A stretch of DNA of 64,000 nucleotides, taken from positions 1 to 64,000 of IMG/VR virus record IMGVR_UViG_2910510430_000001, one strand, 5' to 3'. The notes under the pieces are model-generated. The model saw only the letters and a list, made by a program, of their open reading frames with translations. It did no database searches and was not told where the DNA came from. Position numbers and translations under genes: made by a program. Source of the DNA: a virus. Taxonomy: Duplodnaviria; Caudoviricetes. Of this stretch, positions 37,260 through 46,797 are shown piece by piece; position 1 is the first letter of the stretch, and each line of letters starts with the position of its first letter.

Positions 37260-37706
37260 TCACTCCTCCTTCATCGCCTTGTCGGTGATCGCCTTGGCGA
37301 TCGCCCGGTTCTTGGGATCCTGCAGCAGGCCGATCACAACAGCTGCTACGTGGGGGATCTCCTGCTCGTCGTCGAGCCACTTCACGATGCGCGCCTGGGG
37401 CACGCCGTAGAGCAGCGCGAAGCTGTGCGGGTTCAGCTCGGCCGTGCGCAGGGCAACGGCCAGTTCCTCGCCGGTCATGCGAGTGTATTCCCCCTTGCGC
37501 TTGGACTCGACCCGGCGATGGGTGAGCTTGGCAGAGAGGGCGCGCTGTGCCGCGCCCTCCGCTTCCTCGGCCGTGTCGAACCGGGCCACCTGACCGCCGA
37601 CCTTCACCAGCTCGGGGACGAAACCGGCAAGGGCGAACTGCCCGACGAACCGATCTCCTCGGGCGAGGGCCTTGGCGATGGGGCGGGATGCCGGCTTGTC
37701 GGCCAT
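37260..37706 (-). CDS. HTH protein
   Basis: LNPHSFALLYGVPQARIVKWL. Confidence 0.65.
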   Translation of the reverse strand: MADKPASRPIAKALARGDRFVGQFALAGFVPELVKVGGQVARFDTAEEAEGAAQRALSAKLTHRRVESKRKGEYTRMTGEELAVALRTAELNPHSFALLYGVPQARIVKWLDDEQEIPHVAAVVIGLLQDPKNRAIAKAITDKAMKEE

Positions 37707-37768
37707 GTCGGAACTCCGTGCGCTGGCCTGCTCGTATAGCGCAGGGACATGCAGGAAGTCAGGTCCGA

Positions 37769-39325
37769 TCACCATTTGCGTCGCCCGATCACGCACAGCA
37801 GCGTGTTCACGTTCGTCCCGCACTCGGCGAAGGACCGGTCCGGGAGATCCTGGAAGAAGCCGCGCTTTTCAACCAGCTCGCGGAAGGCCTGGCTCTTCTT
37901 GGTCTCCCGGAACTCGGTACCGGCAGACATCACCGACACCAGAATGCCGTCGGGCTCCAGGAAGTTCAGGGCGTGGACGACGTGGTCGATGTCACGCTCC
38001 CGGTCGAAGGGCGGGTTCATGACGATGCGATCGTAGAGCCCGGTCACGTCCGGGTTCAGGGCGAGGAAGTCGCAGTGGTGCACCTTGCGGTACCGGCCGG
38101 CCATGGTGAGATCCCGGGCCCGCTCGTTGTGGATCTCGACGCAGTCGACGATCGGCTTGGAGACCTTGGTCGGGATGCAAATCCGCTCCCGCTCCTCCTC
38201 CGACCATTCCCAATTCGCGTCGACGATGATGTCTTCCGCTGCCAGGCGGGCAAGGTTGCCGCTGCCGGCGGAAGGCTCGAGGATCTTCACCCTCGCGTCG
38301 GTGGCCTTCGCCGCAGCGTGGAGCCGGGCCTCCTCGATGACCTTCTCGCCGACAGCGAGCGGGGTCGGGAAGAAGCCGTAGTTCTTGGCGAGCCCGGTCT
38401 TGGCGGTCTTCAGCGGGTCGGCGTTCTGCGGGACATTCTCGTTGTCGCCGATCGCCTCGCCGTAATACTCGCCGAGGATCTTGTTGACCTTCTGCACGAG
38501 ATCCTTGCGCTGCATCCACAGATGGGCGTTGCCGTTCTTGAAGATGCGGATCTTGAAATACTCGTTCTCGTGCTCGGACTGGTGCGGTCCGCGGCTGCCT
38601 CGCCGCTCATACTCAACCTGCCCGACGATGCCGGCATAGTTTGGAGGCACCGGCTTACCGTCGAGGACGAGGAAGGCACGCTCGATGTCCATGAGGTTCT
38701 CGGACTGCCGTCCGCTCATGCTGTAGTGCATGAAGCCAGAGAAGGCGTAGTCGAGGATCACCCGACTGCCGATCTTCCAACCATCGTGCGAGCGGAACCG
38801 GCGATCGAGCTTGGCGAAGACGTTGGCAATGCCGCGGCGCCAGATGAAGTCGGCTTCGGCCATGAAGCCTTCGAGCGTGGCCTGCACGTTCTCGACCGTC
38901 ACCGGCGGCAAGCCGGCGTCGATCTCCTCCTGGTTGATGATCTCGCCATCGCGGCCGGACCGCTCGGGAACGTAGCGCATCTGGTCGCGCAGCTGCTTCT
39001 TCGCCTCGGAATCCATCAGGCGCTCCAGGTCGGTGCGCTCGATGATGTGGCTCCAGATCTGGATGTCGGTCAGCCGGCGGGCGACCCGTTGAAACTGATC
39101 GGCATCGGGAAGGCTGACGGCATTGTAGAAGGCCTGCACCTCGCGGGCGTCGCGGTCGTACCAGGCGGTGCCGCCGGGCGCCGCGGCCTTCACCATCTGG
39201 TGCGCGGCCATCATCTTCTCATGGGCGTCGGCGATGGCGATGAAGGCGTCGCCGTAGAGTTCGAGGGCGCGGTCACGACGCGAGCAGATCTCGTCGATGG
39301 TGGCGCGGTGGATCATCTGGTTCAT
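37769..39325 (-). CDS. DUF4942-like domain + N6-adenine DNA methyltransferase
   Basis: FKNGNAHLW, FFPTP, ILEPSAGSG, IVMNPPF; alternative in-frame start at 39406. Confidence 0.85.
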   Translation of the reverse strand: MNQMIHRATIDEICSRRDRALELYGDAFIAIADAHEKMMAAHQMVKAAAPGGTAWYDRDAREVQAFYNAVSLPDADQFQRVARRLTDIQIWSHIIERTDLERLMDSEAKKQLRDQMRYVPERSGRDGEIINQEEIDAGLPPVTVENVQATLEGFMAEADFIWRRGIANVFAKLDRRFRSHDGWKIGSRVILDYAFSGFMHYSMSGRQSENLMDIERAFLVLDGKPVPPNYAGIVGQVEYERRGSRGPHQSEHENEYFKIRIFKNGNAHLWMQRKDLVQKVNKILGEYYGEAIGDNENVPQNADPLKTAKTGLAKNYGFFPTPLAVGEKVIEEARLHAAAKATDARVKILEPSAGSGNLARLAAEDIIVDANWEWSEEERERICIPTKVSKPIVDCVEIHNERARDLTMAGRYRKVHHCDFLALNPDVTGLYDRIVMNPPFDRERDIDHVVHALNFLEPDGILVSVMSAGTEFRETKKSQAFRELVEKRGFFQDLPDRSFAECGTNVNTLLCVIGRRKW

Positions 39326-39340
39326 GGGTTTCTCCTGTTT

Positions 39341-39382
39341 GCCACGTTTGGCGGTGCATTCGGGCGGGCGATGTGCCCGCCC
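39341..39382 (-). promoter_or_regulatory. Bipartite hairpin element, copy 2 (variant loop AACG)
   Basis: GGGCGGGC-ACATC-GCCCGCCC, linker, GCCA-AACG-TGGC, RBS AGGAG. Confidence 0.65.
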
Positions 39383-39425
39383 TGGTGGTCCTGTTGCGCT
39401 GGGCATGGTGTCTCCTTCGGCTTGG

Positions 39426-39758
39426 TCAGCGGGATAGGGCGGCGCGGAGAATTATTCGAATGTCCGACTCGTGGACGTACAGGCTGCGGTACGGACCCAA
39501 TGCCTCTTGCGCTGCCCGCACCACGTCATCGGGCACGTCAGATGCGATGGGCTGGGGGGCGGCGAAACCGGAGAACGCGAAGTCACGCCCCGCCTTCTTC
39601 TCGTCGTCGTAGGCGTGCAGCAACCAACCCGGCTCGGGATGCCACTCGGTCGAGGCGTAGCTGATGCCGATCGGACGAACGGTGCGGGTCGCAGTCTCGC
39701 CGCGCCAGTTGGTATAGGTGAATGTCAGCGGCGGAATTTCGGTCTTCGCGTCTTCCAT
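39426..39758 (-). CDS. Stand-alone WYL-like domain protein
   Basis: FTYTNWRGE...RTVRP......EPGWLLHAYD..K...RDF. Confidence 0.72.
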   Translation of the reverse strand: MEDAKTEIPPLTFTYTNWRGETATRTVRPIGISYASTEWHPEPGWLLHAYDDEKKAGRDFAFSGFAAPQPIASDVPDDVVRAAQEALGPYRSLYVHESDIRIILRAALSR

Positions 39759-39786
39759 GGTCGTCTCCATGCCGGCGCTGCCGGCG

Positions 39787-39825
39787 TTCACGATTGAGGG
39801 GGGAGGCGGCGGGTCACCCTGCCGC
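39787..39825 (-). promoter_or_regulatory. Bipartite hairpin element, copy 3
   Basis: GCGGCAGGG-TGA-CCCGCCGC, CTCCCCCC, TCA-ATCG-TGA. Confidence 0.75.
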
Positions 39826-39852
39826 TCAGGTCAAGTCAGAGGTGAGGTCAGG

Positions 39853-41025
39853 TCACACCCGCATCGGCATCAGGACAGCCGACCAGGTCGGCGAGGCGCC
39901 GCGAATGACGGCGGGGCTGCCGCAATCGGAGAACCGCATTTCGAACTCCTCGCCGATCTCGCCGGCGACGGCTGCCAGGGCCTTGAGGTAGCTGGCGTTG
40001 AAGCCGATCTCGAACTCGTCCACCTCGGTGGTGCAGGTGATGTCGGCCTCGGCCGTCCCGGCATCCGGGCTGCGCACCATCAGCCGGCAGCTGCCGGGCG
40101 ACAGCGTCAGCTTCACCGCCCTGCCGCGCTCGGTCGAGATCACGGTGACGCCGTCGACTGCGGCGGTCAGGGCATCGCAGTTGAAGGTCACCGCCTTGTC
40201 GTTCGCCGACGGGATCACCCGCTGGTAGTCGGGGAAGGTGCCGTCGATGACCTTCGACGTGATGGTGATGCGGCCGAAGGTCATCCGGACCTTGGCCGTC
40301 TGCACCTCGATCGCCACCTCGCCCCGCTCCCGGGACATCAGCTTCTCAACCACCTCGATTGTCTTCCGGGGGATGATCACGCCGGGGATTGCGGCGGTGC
40401 CGGCAGGCGCCGTCACCGTCTTGATGGCGAGGCGGTGCCCATCGGTGGCGACGAAGCGCAGGTCGCCTTCGCCGTCCCCGGTCACCGGCCGGTGCATGAA
40501 GATCCCGTTGAGGTAGTAGCGGGTCTCCTCCTTGGAGACCGCGAAGGACACCATGCCGAAGGACCCGGTCAGGGCCGGCGCCGACATGACGAAGCTGTGA
40601 GTGAAGGTGCCGGGCTCGACCTCTGGATAGTCGGCGACTGGCAGGGTCGGCAGCTTCATCGACGCGGCGCCGTGGGTGATCGTCAGCGGAGCGTCTTCGT
40701 CGCCGCCGAGCGGCGCCGTCAGCTCGATCGTGTCGGCCTTGGACTTGGTGACCAGGTCGCGCAGCGAGTGTGCCGGAACGGTCGCAGCGAAGCGCCGATC
40801 GAGAGCCTCGCACGGCACCCGGACAGCGATCTCGATGTCGAGGTCGGTGGCAGTGATGATCAGCTGGTCGGCATAAGTCGACAGCTTGACGTTCGACAGG
40901 ATCGGGATGGTGTTGCGCTTCTCAATGACCTTGATCGCGGCGTCGAGGCCGGCCTTCAGGTGGGTGCGGGCCATCGTAGCGACAGCCTGGTGCATGTTGG
41001 CGCGGATGGGGGTGACGTTCGTCAT
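39853..41025 (-). CDS. dnaN: DNA polymerase III beta sliding clamp, phage-encoded
   Basis: TIPILSNV, ATDLDI, SKEETRYYLNG, ATDGHRL, IDGTFPDYQRVIP, IGFNASYL, VLMPMRV. Confidence 0.93.
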   Translation of the reverse strand: MTNVTPIRANMHQAVATMARTHLKAGLDAAIKVIEKRNTIPILSNVKLSTYADQLIITATDLDIEIAVRVPCEALDRRFAATVPAHSLRDLVTKSKADTIELTAPLGGDEDAPLTITHGAASMKLPTLPVADYPEVEPGTFTHSFVMSAPALTGSFGMVSFAVSKEETRYYLNGIFMHRPVTGDGEGDLRFVATDGHRLAIKTVTAPAGTAAIPGVIIPRKTIEVVEKLMSRERGEVAIEVQTAKVRMTFGRITITSKVIDGTFPDYQRVIPSANDKAVTFNCDALTAAVDGVTVISTERGRAVKLTLSPGSCRLMVRSPDAGTAEADITCTTEVDEFEIGFNASYLKALAAVAGEIGEEFEMRFSDCGSPAVIRGASPTWSAVLMPMRV

Positions 41026-41048
41026 GTCGATGTCCTTCTGTTGAGGGT

Positions 41049-41079
41049 CCGCACAATTGCGGGGGTCGGCATGCTGCCG
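41049..41079 (-). promoter_or_regulatory. Bipartite hairpin element, copy 4
   Basis: CGGCA-GCA-TGCCG, ACCC, CCGCA-ATTG-TGCGG. Confidence 0.8.
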
Positions 41080-41181
41080 GGACACGGCCACCACGACGGT
41101 GACCGTCGCCTTGCGGCATGATCCTGTCTTCATCTATGTCAGGTGAGACGTGACGCTCCTTTTCTAGCCGAAGGCAAAAAT

Positions 41182-41718
41182 ATGTTCGATTCGCTTTCAT
41201 CGATCTGGAAGTATTTCGAGGCGAGCGAGAAGGTCGGGTGGATTGCCGTTACCGCTGGTAGCCTTCTCATGCTGTCCGCCGAGGTTGACCATGGATGGCT
41301 AACCGGCCTCGACTTCGTCGGTCTTGCCGGTCAGACCGTCATAATTGTCGGCGCCGCGATCGTGGTCGTGAACGCGGTGAGCAGGGCGTGGATGTCGTTC
41401 TCCAAGTGGAGCGAGGGCAGACGCGAGCGGCTCGACACAGCTGTTGCTGAACGAAAGGCGGAGGAGAATGCTCTAGCCAACATCGAGGCGCTCGATGAGC
41501 ATGGGTTGGTACAATTGATCTGGCTCCTGGCGAACGATCGGCGACGTTTTCAGTACTCCAACGTCCTCTTTCGAGCTGGCGTAGCAAGGCACGCACCCAA
41601 CTGTACGGCGATCTACGAGTTACGTCCGATTTTCTGGGAGAACCGCGAGCGTCTTTTGGAAGAGCATGACAAACTCCGTATTCCGCAGCAATTCCCTGCA
41701 ACTAGGTACGTCGCCTAG
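41182..41718 (+). CDS. Membrane-anchored moron (superinfection-exclusion-like topology)
   Basis: Two N-terminal TM segments plus helical domain; antisense to cluster; lower GC. Confidence 0.6.
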   Translation: MFDSLSSIWKYFEASEKVGWIAVTAGSLLMLSAEVDHGWLTGLDFVGLAGQTVIIVGAAIVVVNAVSRAWMSFSKWSEGRRERLDTAVAERKAEENALANIEALDEHGLVQLIWLLANDRRRFQYSNVLFRAGVARHAPNCTAIYELRPIFWENRERLLEEHDKLRIPQQFPATRYVA

Positions 41719-42930
41719 CTATGCCTCGAGGTGGATCGCTTCGCCGAACGGCGTCCGGCTGCTGACGTTCTGAAACTCCCGGGGATCGCCTGGTACCGCC
41801 CACAGCACCGGGCAATCGGGCTCGTCGCCGAAGTCGGTGACGTATAGGTCGGTCAGGTAGACGACGGCCCTGGCGTCGCTGGCATTCTCCCGCACCCATT
41901 CGAAAGTGTCGGCGAAGGCGGTGCCGCCGCCGCCTAGCATGCGCAGATCCACGACATCGCCGGTCTCGTATTCGTCATGTCCCTGCACGGCGGCGTCGGC
42001 ATAGATCACCGTCACCTTGTCGATCGCGCCGTCGCCGAAGGCGCCGTTGATCTCGGCGGCGAAGGCGTCGAGCATGTCCTTCGTGATGGAGCCGGACGTG
42101 TCGACAGCGAAGACGATGTGCGACACGCCGTCAGACACCAGCGACGGCAGGACGTAGCCCATCTGCAGGAAGCGGCGGTTCGGCCGGGACCAGGAATAGT
42201 CCCGGTTCTGCGACTGGTCGATGAAGCGGCGGAACACCTGCCGCCAGTCGACCTTGGGCTGCAGAAGCTGGTCGACGATGCGCTGCAGGGCACCGGGCAG
42301 GGAGCCGGCGTTCGCCGCCTTGGCGATCGACGCGGCCTGACGGATCTTCACCGTCATTTCCGCCTCAGCTGCCGCCTTGGCCGCCTCGTCATGCTGGCCG
42401 CAGGCATCGAGCACCTCGCCGCAGCCGCCGGGATCGTTGCGCTCGCCGGCGCCCGGCTGGCCGGTGCCCTGGCCGCCATCCTCATCCTCGTCATCGAGGA
42501 GGCGATAGATTTCCTCGGCACCGAGCCCGGTGTATTTGCGGTCGAGCAGGCCACCTTGCGGCATGACCATCGGCGGGCGCTTCAGGTTCTTCGTCTTCTG
42601 GATCTCGTCGGCATAGTCCTGCAGCTCGACGTTGATCGCGAAGTCTGCGGCGATGTTGAACCGGCGGTGCTGCCGGTCGCCCCGCCTGGTGTGGTGCATC
42701 GAGGCATTGTGCATGATCTCGTGGGCGATGACGAAGACCAGCTCCTCACGGCTCAGCTTGTCGACGAAGGGCGGGTAATAGATCAGCCGGCGGCTGTCGG
42801 TCGCCATCGTCTTGCAGATGGCGCCGTCGGAGTCCTCCTCGAGCATCAGCTGCACGGCGAGGGCGCCGAAGAAGGGGTGATCCCACATCAGGGCGGTGCG
42901 GGCGGAGAGGATCTTGGTCTCGGTGTCCAT
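41719..42930 (-). CDS. DUF2201-like metallopeptidase + VWA domain protein
   Basis: MATD, AHEIMH (HExxH), VDTSGS MIDAS, GGGTAF, YLTDL. Confidence 0.9.
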   Translation of the reverse strand: MDTETKILSARTALMWDHPFFGALAVQLMLEEDSDGAICKTMATDSRRLIYYPPFVDKLSREELVFVIAHEIMHNASMHHTRRGDRQHRRFNIAADFAINVELQDYADEIQKTKNLKRPPMVMPQGGLLDRKYTGLGAEEIYRLLDDEDEDGGQGTGQPGAGERNDPGGCGEVLDACGQHDEAAKAAAEAEMTVKIRQAASIAKAANAGSLPGALQRIVDQLLQPKVDWRQVFRRFIDQSQNRDYSWSRPNRRFLQMGYVLPSLVSDGVSHIVFAVDTSGSITKDMLDAFAAEINGAFGDGAIDKVTVIYADAAVQGHDEYETGDVVDLRMLGGGGTAFADTFEWVRENASDARAVVYLTDLYVTDFGDEPDCPVLWAVPGDPREFQNVSSRTPFGEAIHLEA

Positions 42931-42938
42931 GGCGGGGT

Positions 42939-42960
42939 CTCACGATTGAGGGAAGGGTTG
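42939..42960 (-). promoter_or_regulatory. Hairpin element, copy 5 (second hairpin and linker only)
   Basis: CAACCCTTCC, CTCA-ATCG-TGAG, 8 nt, ATG. Confidence 0.75.
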
Positions 42961-43025
42961 TTTGACGTTCGGTAGGGTGTAATAGCTGTCTGATCGTAGA
43001 GGAAACAGCTGATGCGGAGGTCAGA

Positions 43026-43349
43026 ATGAAGACGTTCTTCAGGTGCGTACTCATCGCCGCGGGCCTAGCGTCTTCTACCGCAGCTGGTGATGAACATTCT
43101 GTCGGGGGTAAGTCTGCTCTCGAGCGTGGTTCCCCTGCCCCATCTGGCGGTCTGCCCCCCGCCGCAAATGTGCCGGAAGCAGAGGATGGATGCGTGGTCA
43201 AAATCGAAGGTGCGGGGAGCTCATTCGCCGACGAGTACTGCAAGCCCGAAAATACACCGATCGACGATGGGACTGTCGCCACTTCGAATGATGGGGTTGA
43301 AGGACAAGGAACCATGGATATGATGAACTCGGAAGCCGTTCAGAAATAG
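43026..43349 (+). CDS. Exported moron protein
   Basis: Signal peptide MKTFFRCVLIAAGLASSTAA; GGAGG RBS. Confidence 0.6.
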   Translation: MKTFFRCVLIAAGLASSTAAGDEHSVGGKSALERGSPAPSGGLPPAANVPEAEDGCVVKIEGAGSSFADEYCKPENTPIDDGTVATSNDGVEGQGTMDMMNSEAVQK

Positions 43350-43363
43350 AGTAGAAGAGCAGA

Positions 43364-43939
43364 ATGCATCTCTTCACTCTATGGCTCCTGATTGCTGTCG
43401 GTTCAGCCACGCTGTGTTGGTCTGCAGTGTTGAGGTTCCTAAAGCGAGGCGAAAGATTAGAGGCTTTCGTGGTGTTGCTTGGGCTAACCGCAATCGCAGC
43501 AACTGCGGGGCTTACAGGCGGACTTAGCCGAGTCGGTGCTGTCGGAAGCGTTATCGCAGCTGCACTTGGACTCATGAGCGGCGTCGTACTATTTTTGTTT
43601 GCGGCAGATCGATCGAAGGGCACGATCGTATCGATCGGAGCGATCGCGTTCTCTTTGTCACTAAGTCTCGCCTATTTCGAAGCGTCTGAGCTAAGGGCAG
43701 TACCAGAGAGGTACGCTTACTGGCGTGACCGCTGTGTTTCGATATATTCCGGTTCTACCGTTGTCGCGGACGAGAATATCGTGAACGTCCGCGACGGCAT
43801 TTTCGGCCGAACGTGTGCCCGCATCATCAGGTCTGAGCAGGATAAGCTTCTGGCCGAGGACGAGCCATTGTTGCAGGGCTTGTGGGATCGGCTAGCTGCC
43901 GGAGTGTGCTCGATTCTACCGATCTGCAGAGAGCGATAG
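43364..43939 (+). CDS. Multi-pass membrane moron protein
   Basis: About 4 hydrophobic segments; lower GC. Confidence 0.6.
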   Translation: MHLFTLWLLIAVGSATLCWSAVLRFLKRGERLEAFVVLLGLTAIAATAGLTGGLSRVGAVGSVIAAALGLMSGVVLFLFAADRSKGTIVSIGAIAFSLSLSLAYFEASELRAVPERYAYWRDRCVSIYSGSTVVADENIVNVRDGIFGRTCARIIRSEQDKLLAEDEPLLQGLWDRLAAGVCSILPICRER

Positions 43940-43954
43940 TTTTAGGCGAGACAA

Positions 43955-44941
43955 TCAATTCAACGTCACGTCCTGGTTCTCTGTCGCCCACGTCGTGAAC
44001 GCCTGAGTGTGCGACAGGCCGGGGTCACGGCGCACCGCGTCGATCACCATCATGATGTTGAACTCGCGGCTGATCCGACTGGTGTAGGCCATGGCCGCGC
44101 CGAAGGTCTTGCGGTCCACCTTGCGGGCAAGGCCGGCGCTGATCGCATACTTGGCGGCCGGATCCTTGACGAGCGGGGCGCCGGTCGGATTGGCCAGCAC
44201 CAGGTCGAGCGAGGGCAGATCCTTGTAGACCCGGACGAAGCCTTCGAATTCGGCCGCTGCGCCTTCACCGACGAGGCCGGTGACAAGCGACAGGCGGAGC
44301 GCTTCCGGAGCGTTGGCGATCTTGGCCACCTGCGACCATGCCCGGGGCGTCGGGAACGCCCGCAGGTCGTTCCCTTCCATGTTGTGCAACAGGCCGGAGC
44401 GAAACCGCACGAAGGCGACGACCATCGGGTCGACGTTGTTCTTGAACGCCCAGGCGGAGAAGGATTCGACATCCGGCTCTATGTCGATGTGGGCGAAGCG
44501 GTTGGCGAGCGCAGTGGGCATCCGCTGCGCCGCCGCCCGGTCCGCCTGCCGGTTGCCGGCGGCGATGATCCGCCAGCCCTCGGGTAGGCGATACTCACCG
44601 ACCTTGCGGTCGAGCACCAGCCCGAAGCATGCCGCCTGCACGCTGGCCGGTGCCGCGTTCAGCTCGTCCATGAAGAAGATGCCTTCCTCGCCGTCGCGAT
44701 CGGCACGGGGCAGGTCATCCGGGGCGAGCCACTTGGCAGTGTCGCCATTGACGGAGGGCAGGCCGCGGAGATCGACCGGATCGCGGAGGATGGCGCGGAA
44801 GTCGATCATCGGGATGTCGCGATCGTTGGCGATCTGGCGGACGGTGTCCGACTTGCCGACGCCTGGCGCTCCCCACAGGAAGACGGGGATGTCGGCGTCG
44901 AGGTAGGCAGCGAGCGCCTTGGTAGCGTTCATCAGGTTCAT
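43955..44941 (-). CDS. MoxR/CbbQ-like AAA+ ATPase
   Basis: GAPGVGKS, FFMDELN, IIAAGN, ALANRF, PTPRAW. Confidence 0.92.
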   Translation of the reverse strand: MNLMNATKALAAYLDADIPVFLWGAPGVGKSDTVRQIANDRDIPMIDFRAILRDPVDLRGLPSVNGDTAKWLAPDDLPRADRDGEEGIFFMDELNAAPASVQAACFGLVLDRKVGEYRLPEGWRIIAAGNRQADRAAAQRMPTALANRFAHIDIEPDVESFSAWAFKNNVDPMVVAFVRFRSGLLHNMEGNDLRAFPTPRAWSQVAKIANAPEALRLSLVTGLVGEGAAAEFEGFVRVYKDLPSLDLVLANPTGAPLVKDPAAKYAISAGLARKVDRKTFGAAMAYTSRISREFNIMMVIDAVRRDPGLSHTQAFTTWATENQDVTLN

Positions 44942-44957
44942 GGGTCTCTTCCTTCGT

Positions 44958-44990
44958 TGCACAATTGCAGGGGGGGTGAGCGTCAGCTCA
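44958..44990 (-). promoter_or_regulatory. Bipartite hairpin element, copy 6
   Basis: TGAGC-TGAC-GCTCA, CCCCCCC, TGCA-ATTG-TGCA. Confidence 0.8.
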
Positions 44991-45281
44991 GTTCTTGGCG
45001 TTGCGCCATTGCTGGCAGATCATGTCGGCGTTGCCGGAGCTCGAGAATTGGCCGGCGATATTGCCGGCCATCATTGCTGTTTCGGAGAGCGTGGTGCTCA
45101 CCGATTTGCCTTGCGCCTCGGCGGACTTCTCCACCGCACGCATCCAAACCTCCTCGGTGATCTCGCCGGGACAAAGCGCCTTAACCGTGCCGATGAGGAT
45201 GGCCGCCTTCGGGAAGTCGTCGGCGGCGAGAGCCGGGGCAGAGAGACTGCCGAGTAGCGCGGCAAGCAGAAGCTTCTTCAT
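44988..45281 (-). CDS. Exported protein
   Basis: Signal peptide MKKLLLAALLGSLSAPALA; one Cys pair. Confidence 0.7.
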   Translation of the reverse strand: MKKLLLAALLGSLSAPALAADDFPKAAILIGTVKALCPGEITEEVWMRAVEKSAEAQGKSVSTTLSETAMMAGNIAGQFSSSGNADMICQQWRNAKN

Positions 45282-45466
45282 CGGTGTTCCTTCGGCTGTT
45301 GCGCACGTCGGCGCTTGCGAGGTTCAGGCGGGGGCGTATCGACCCCCGCCATCTTTCTCAACTCTGCGACACCCTTCTGCAATCCGTCCTCGTATTTCGC
45401 GAACGGCATCCAGAAGGCTTCGCGATCGGTGACGCCGGCAAGGCGTTCGAGTTTGCCGATGTTCAT
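45278..45466 (-). CDS. Small hypothetical protein
   Basis: ATGA-coupled both sides. Confidence 0.6.
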   Translation of the reverse strand: MNIGKLERLAGVTDREAFWMPFAKYEDGLQKGVAELRKMAGVDTPPPEPRKRRRAQQPKEHR

Positions 45467-45723
45467 GCGGCCTCGCTCTCGTCGTCGACAGCGGGATCGA
45501 AAGCCTGCGGCCCGACAAGATCGCGGGCAGATACGATCATCGCCTCGAAGGCAGAGAACTCATCGAGCAGGCGATCGTCGGACAGGTCAGCGCGCATATC
45601 TTCGGGATCGTCATAGTCCTCGTTATCTGCGGCGAAGCAATCGTCGAGGGTCATCAGGCGCGCCATGTTCTTGGTGTAGGCGAGGAGGTCTCCATAAGAG
45701 GGTTGAGTTTTAGGAAGCGACAT
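45463..45723 (-). CDS. Small acidic hypothetical protein
   Basis: Coupled operon member. Confidence 0.6.
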   Translation of the reverse strand: MSLPKTQPSYGDLLAYTKNMARLMTLDDCFAADNEDYDDPEDMRADLSDDRLLDEFSAFEAMIVSARDLVGPQAFDPAVDDESEAA

Positions 45724-46555
45724 CTTCTTCATCCTCCTCGTTCTGCACGGGCACCAGCACCCATGCTTGCACCCAGGTGCCGTCGTTTCCGCGCGATGCC
45801 TCGGCACCCTCGTCGATGTTGATCTCGTCGCTGCCGTACTGTTCGCGGGCGGCATGGACTTCGTCGTCGGTGGCGAGGGTGGCGATGGGCTTCGGCTCTA
45901 GGTCGACGAGCTCGTGATGGTCGTCCTCGTTCTCGTCGCGGATGTAGATGACCGTCGGGTTGGTGCCGTCCACCTCAGTTTCGATCCCATCATAGTTGAT
46001 AGAGCCAATCAGTCCGCTTTCGTTCAGCTCCTTGATCTTTTGAAGCGCACTATCGGGGGACGTCGTTTCAACAGTGATGTCGTAATAGACGCGGGCATCG
46101 ACGCCGACCTTGCAGCTGAATTCCTGCATCACTGGCTCGTCGTCGCCGGGCTCGTCATCCTCGTTAGGCTCGAAAAGGCCGGTCTCGACCGCATGGCGCA
46201 GAGTGTTCTTGATCGCCGCGTCACAGCCGGTCTCGTGCCATTCGGTCAAAAGAGCCTTGCCGGCGGCATACTCCGCGCTAGCCTGCCACTCGGCATAGGT
46301 TTCGAAGCCGAGTTCCTTTCCGCGTTCGTGGCCGATGTGCGGGGGCATGTCGGAAAGCGTCGGCCCGGTTGGCGGCTCGGGAAGGTGGCGGACGTCGAAG
46401 GCAAACTCGCTGTCTTCGCCTTCCGATATATCAGTCGTGAACCAATAGGTACGGGGGCCTTGGCCGAGGTCGTCGTCTTTGTAGACGCACCAGATCGAAA
46501 CGTTCTGATGGCGGATCATGCGCTCGGGCGCGACCCATTCTTGGCGGTAGGGCAT
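45710..46555 (-). CDS. Acidic multi-module hypothetical protein
   Basis: GGAGG RBS; very acidic; C-terminal GTWVQAWVLV. Confidence 0.7.
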   Translation of the reverse strand: MPYRQEWVAPERMIRHQNVSIWCVYKDDDLGQGPRTYWFTTDISEGEDSEFAFDVRHLPEPPTGPTLSDMPPHIGHERGKELGFETYAEWQASAEYAAGKALLTEWHETGCDAAIKNTLRHAVETGLFEPNEDDEPGDDEPVMQEFSCKVGVDARVYYDITVETTSPDSALQKIKELNESGLIGSINYDGIETEVDGTNPTVIYIRDENEDDHHELVDLEPKPIATLATDDEVHAAREQYGSDEINIDEGAEASRGNDGTWVQAWVLVPVQNEEDEEDVAS

Positions 46556-46569
46556 GGTGTCCTCCAGGA

Positions 46570-46797
46570 TTACGGGGCGATCAGTTCGCTGTGGCCTTCG
46601 CTGAAGCCGCCGCCGTAGCAGCGCCGGCATTCGAGGCGGTCGAAGTCTTCACCGTCGGCGGCGCCCCATATCTTGCGCCGGCGGAGCGCCGGGAACATGC
46701 GCTCCAGCATGTTGCCGGGGCCGGCCAGGCGCTCAGGCTTGGCGTCCAGATTGTCGATGTGGGTGACGTGTCCGCAGTTCGCGCAGCGGCCGAGCAT
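46570..46797 (-). CDS. Zinc-finger-like small protein
   Basis: CANC and CRRC. Confidence 0.6.
   Translation of the reverse strand: MLGRCANCGHVTHIDNLDAKPERLAGPGNMLERMFPALRRRKIWGAADGEDFDRLECRRCYGGGFSEGHSELIAP

Noticed and set aside
39326-39425. 27-aa N-terminal extension of the methylase from ATG 39406 with a strong RBS
   Set aside because: The extension is low-complexity and spans element copy 2; ATG 39325 has its own AGGAG. More likely a remnant start, unresolved
37547-39664. 705-aa plus-strand ORF (and similar long ORFs at 39718-41121, 56687-58486, 58905-60440, 61066-62595)
   Set aside because: Antisense shadows of well-supported genes in GC-rich DNA; no motifs or RBS
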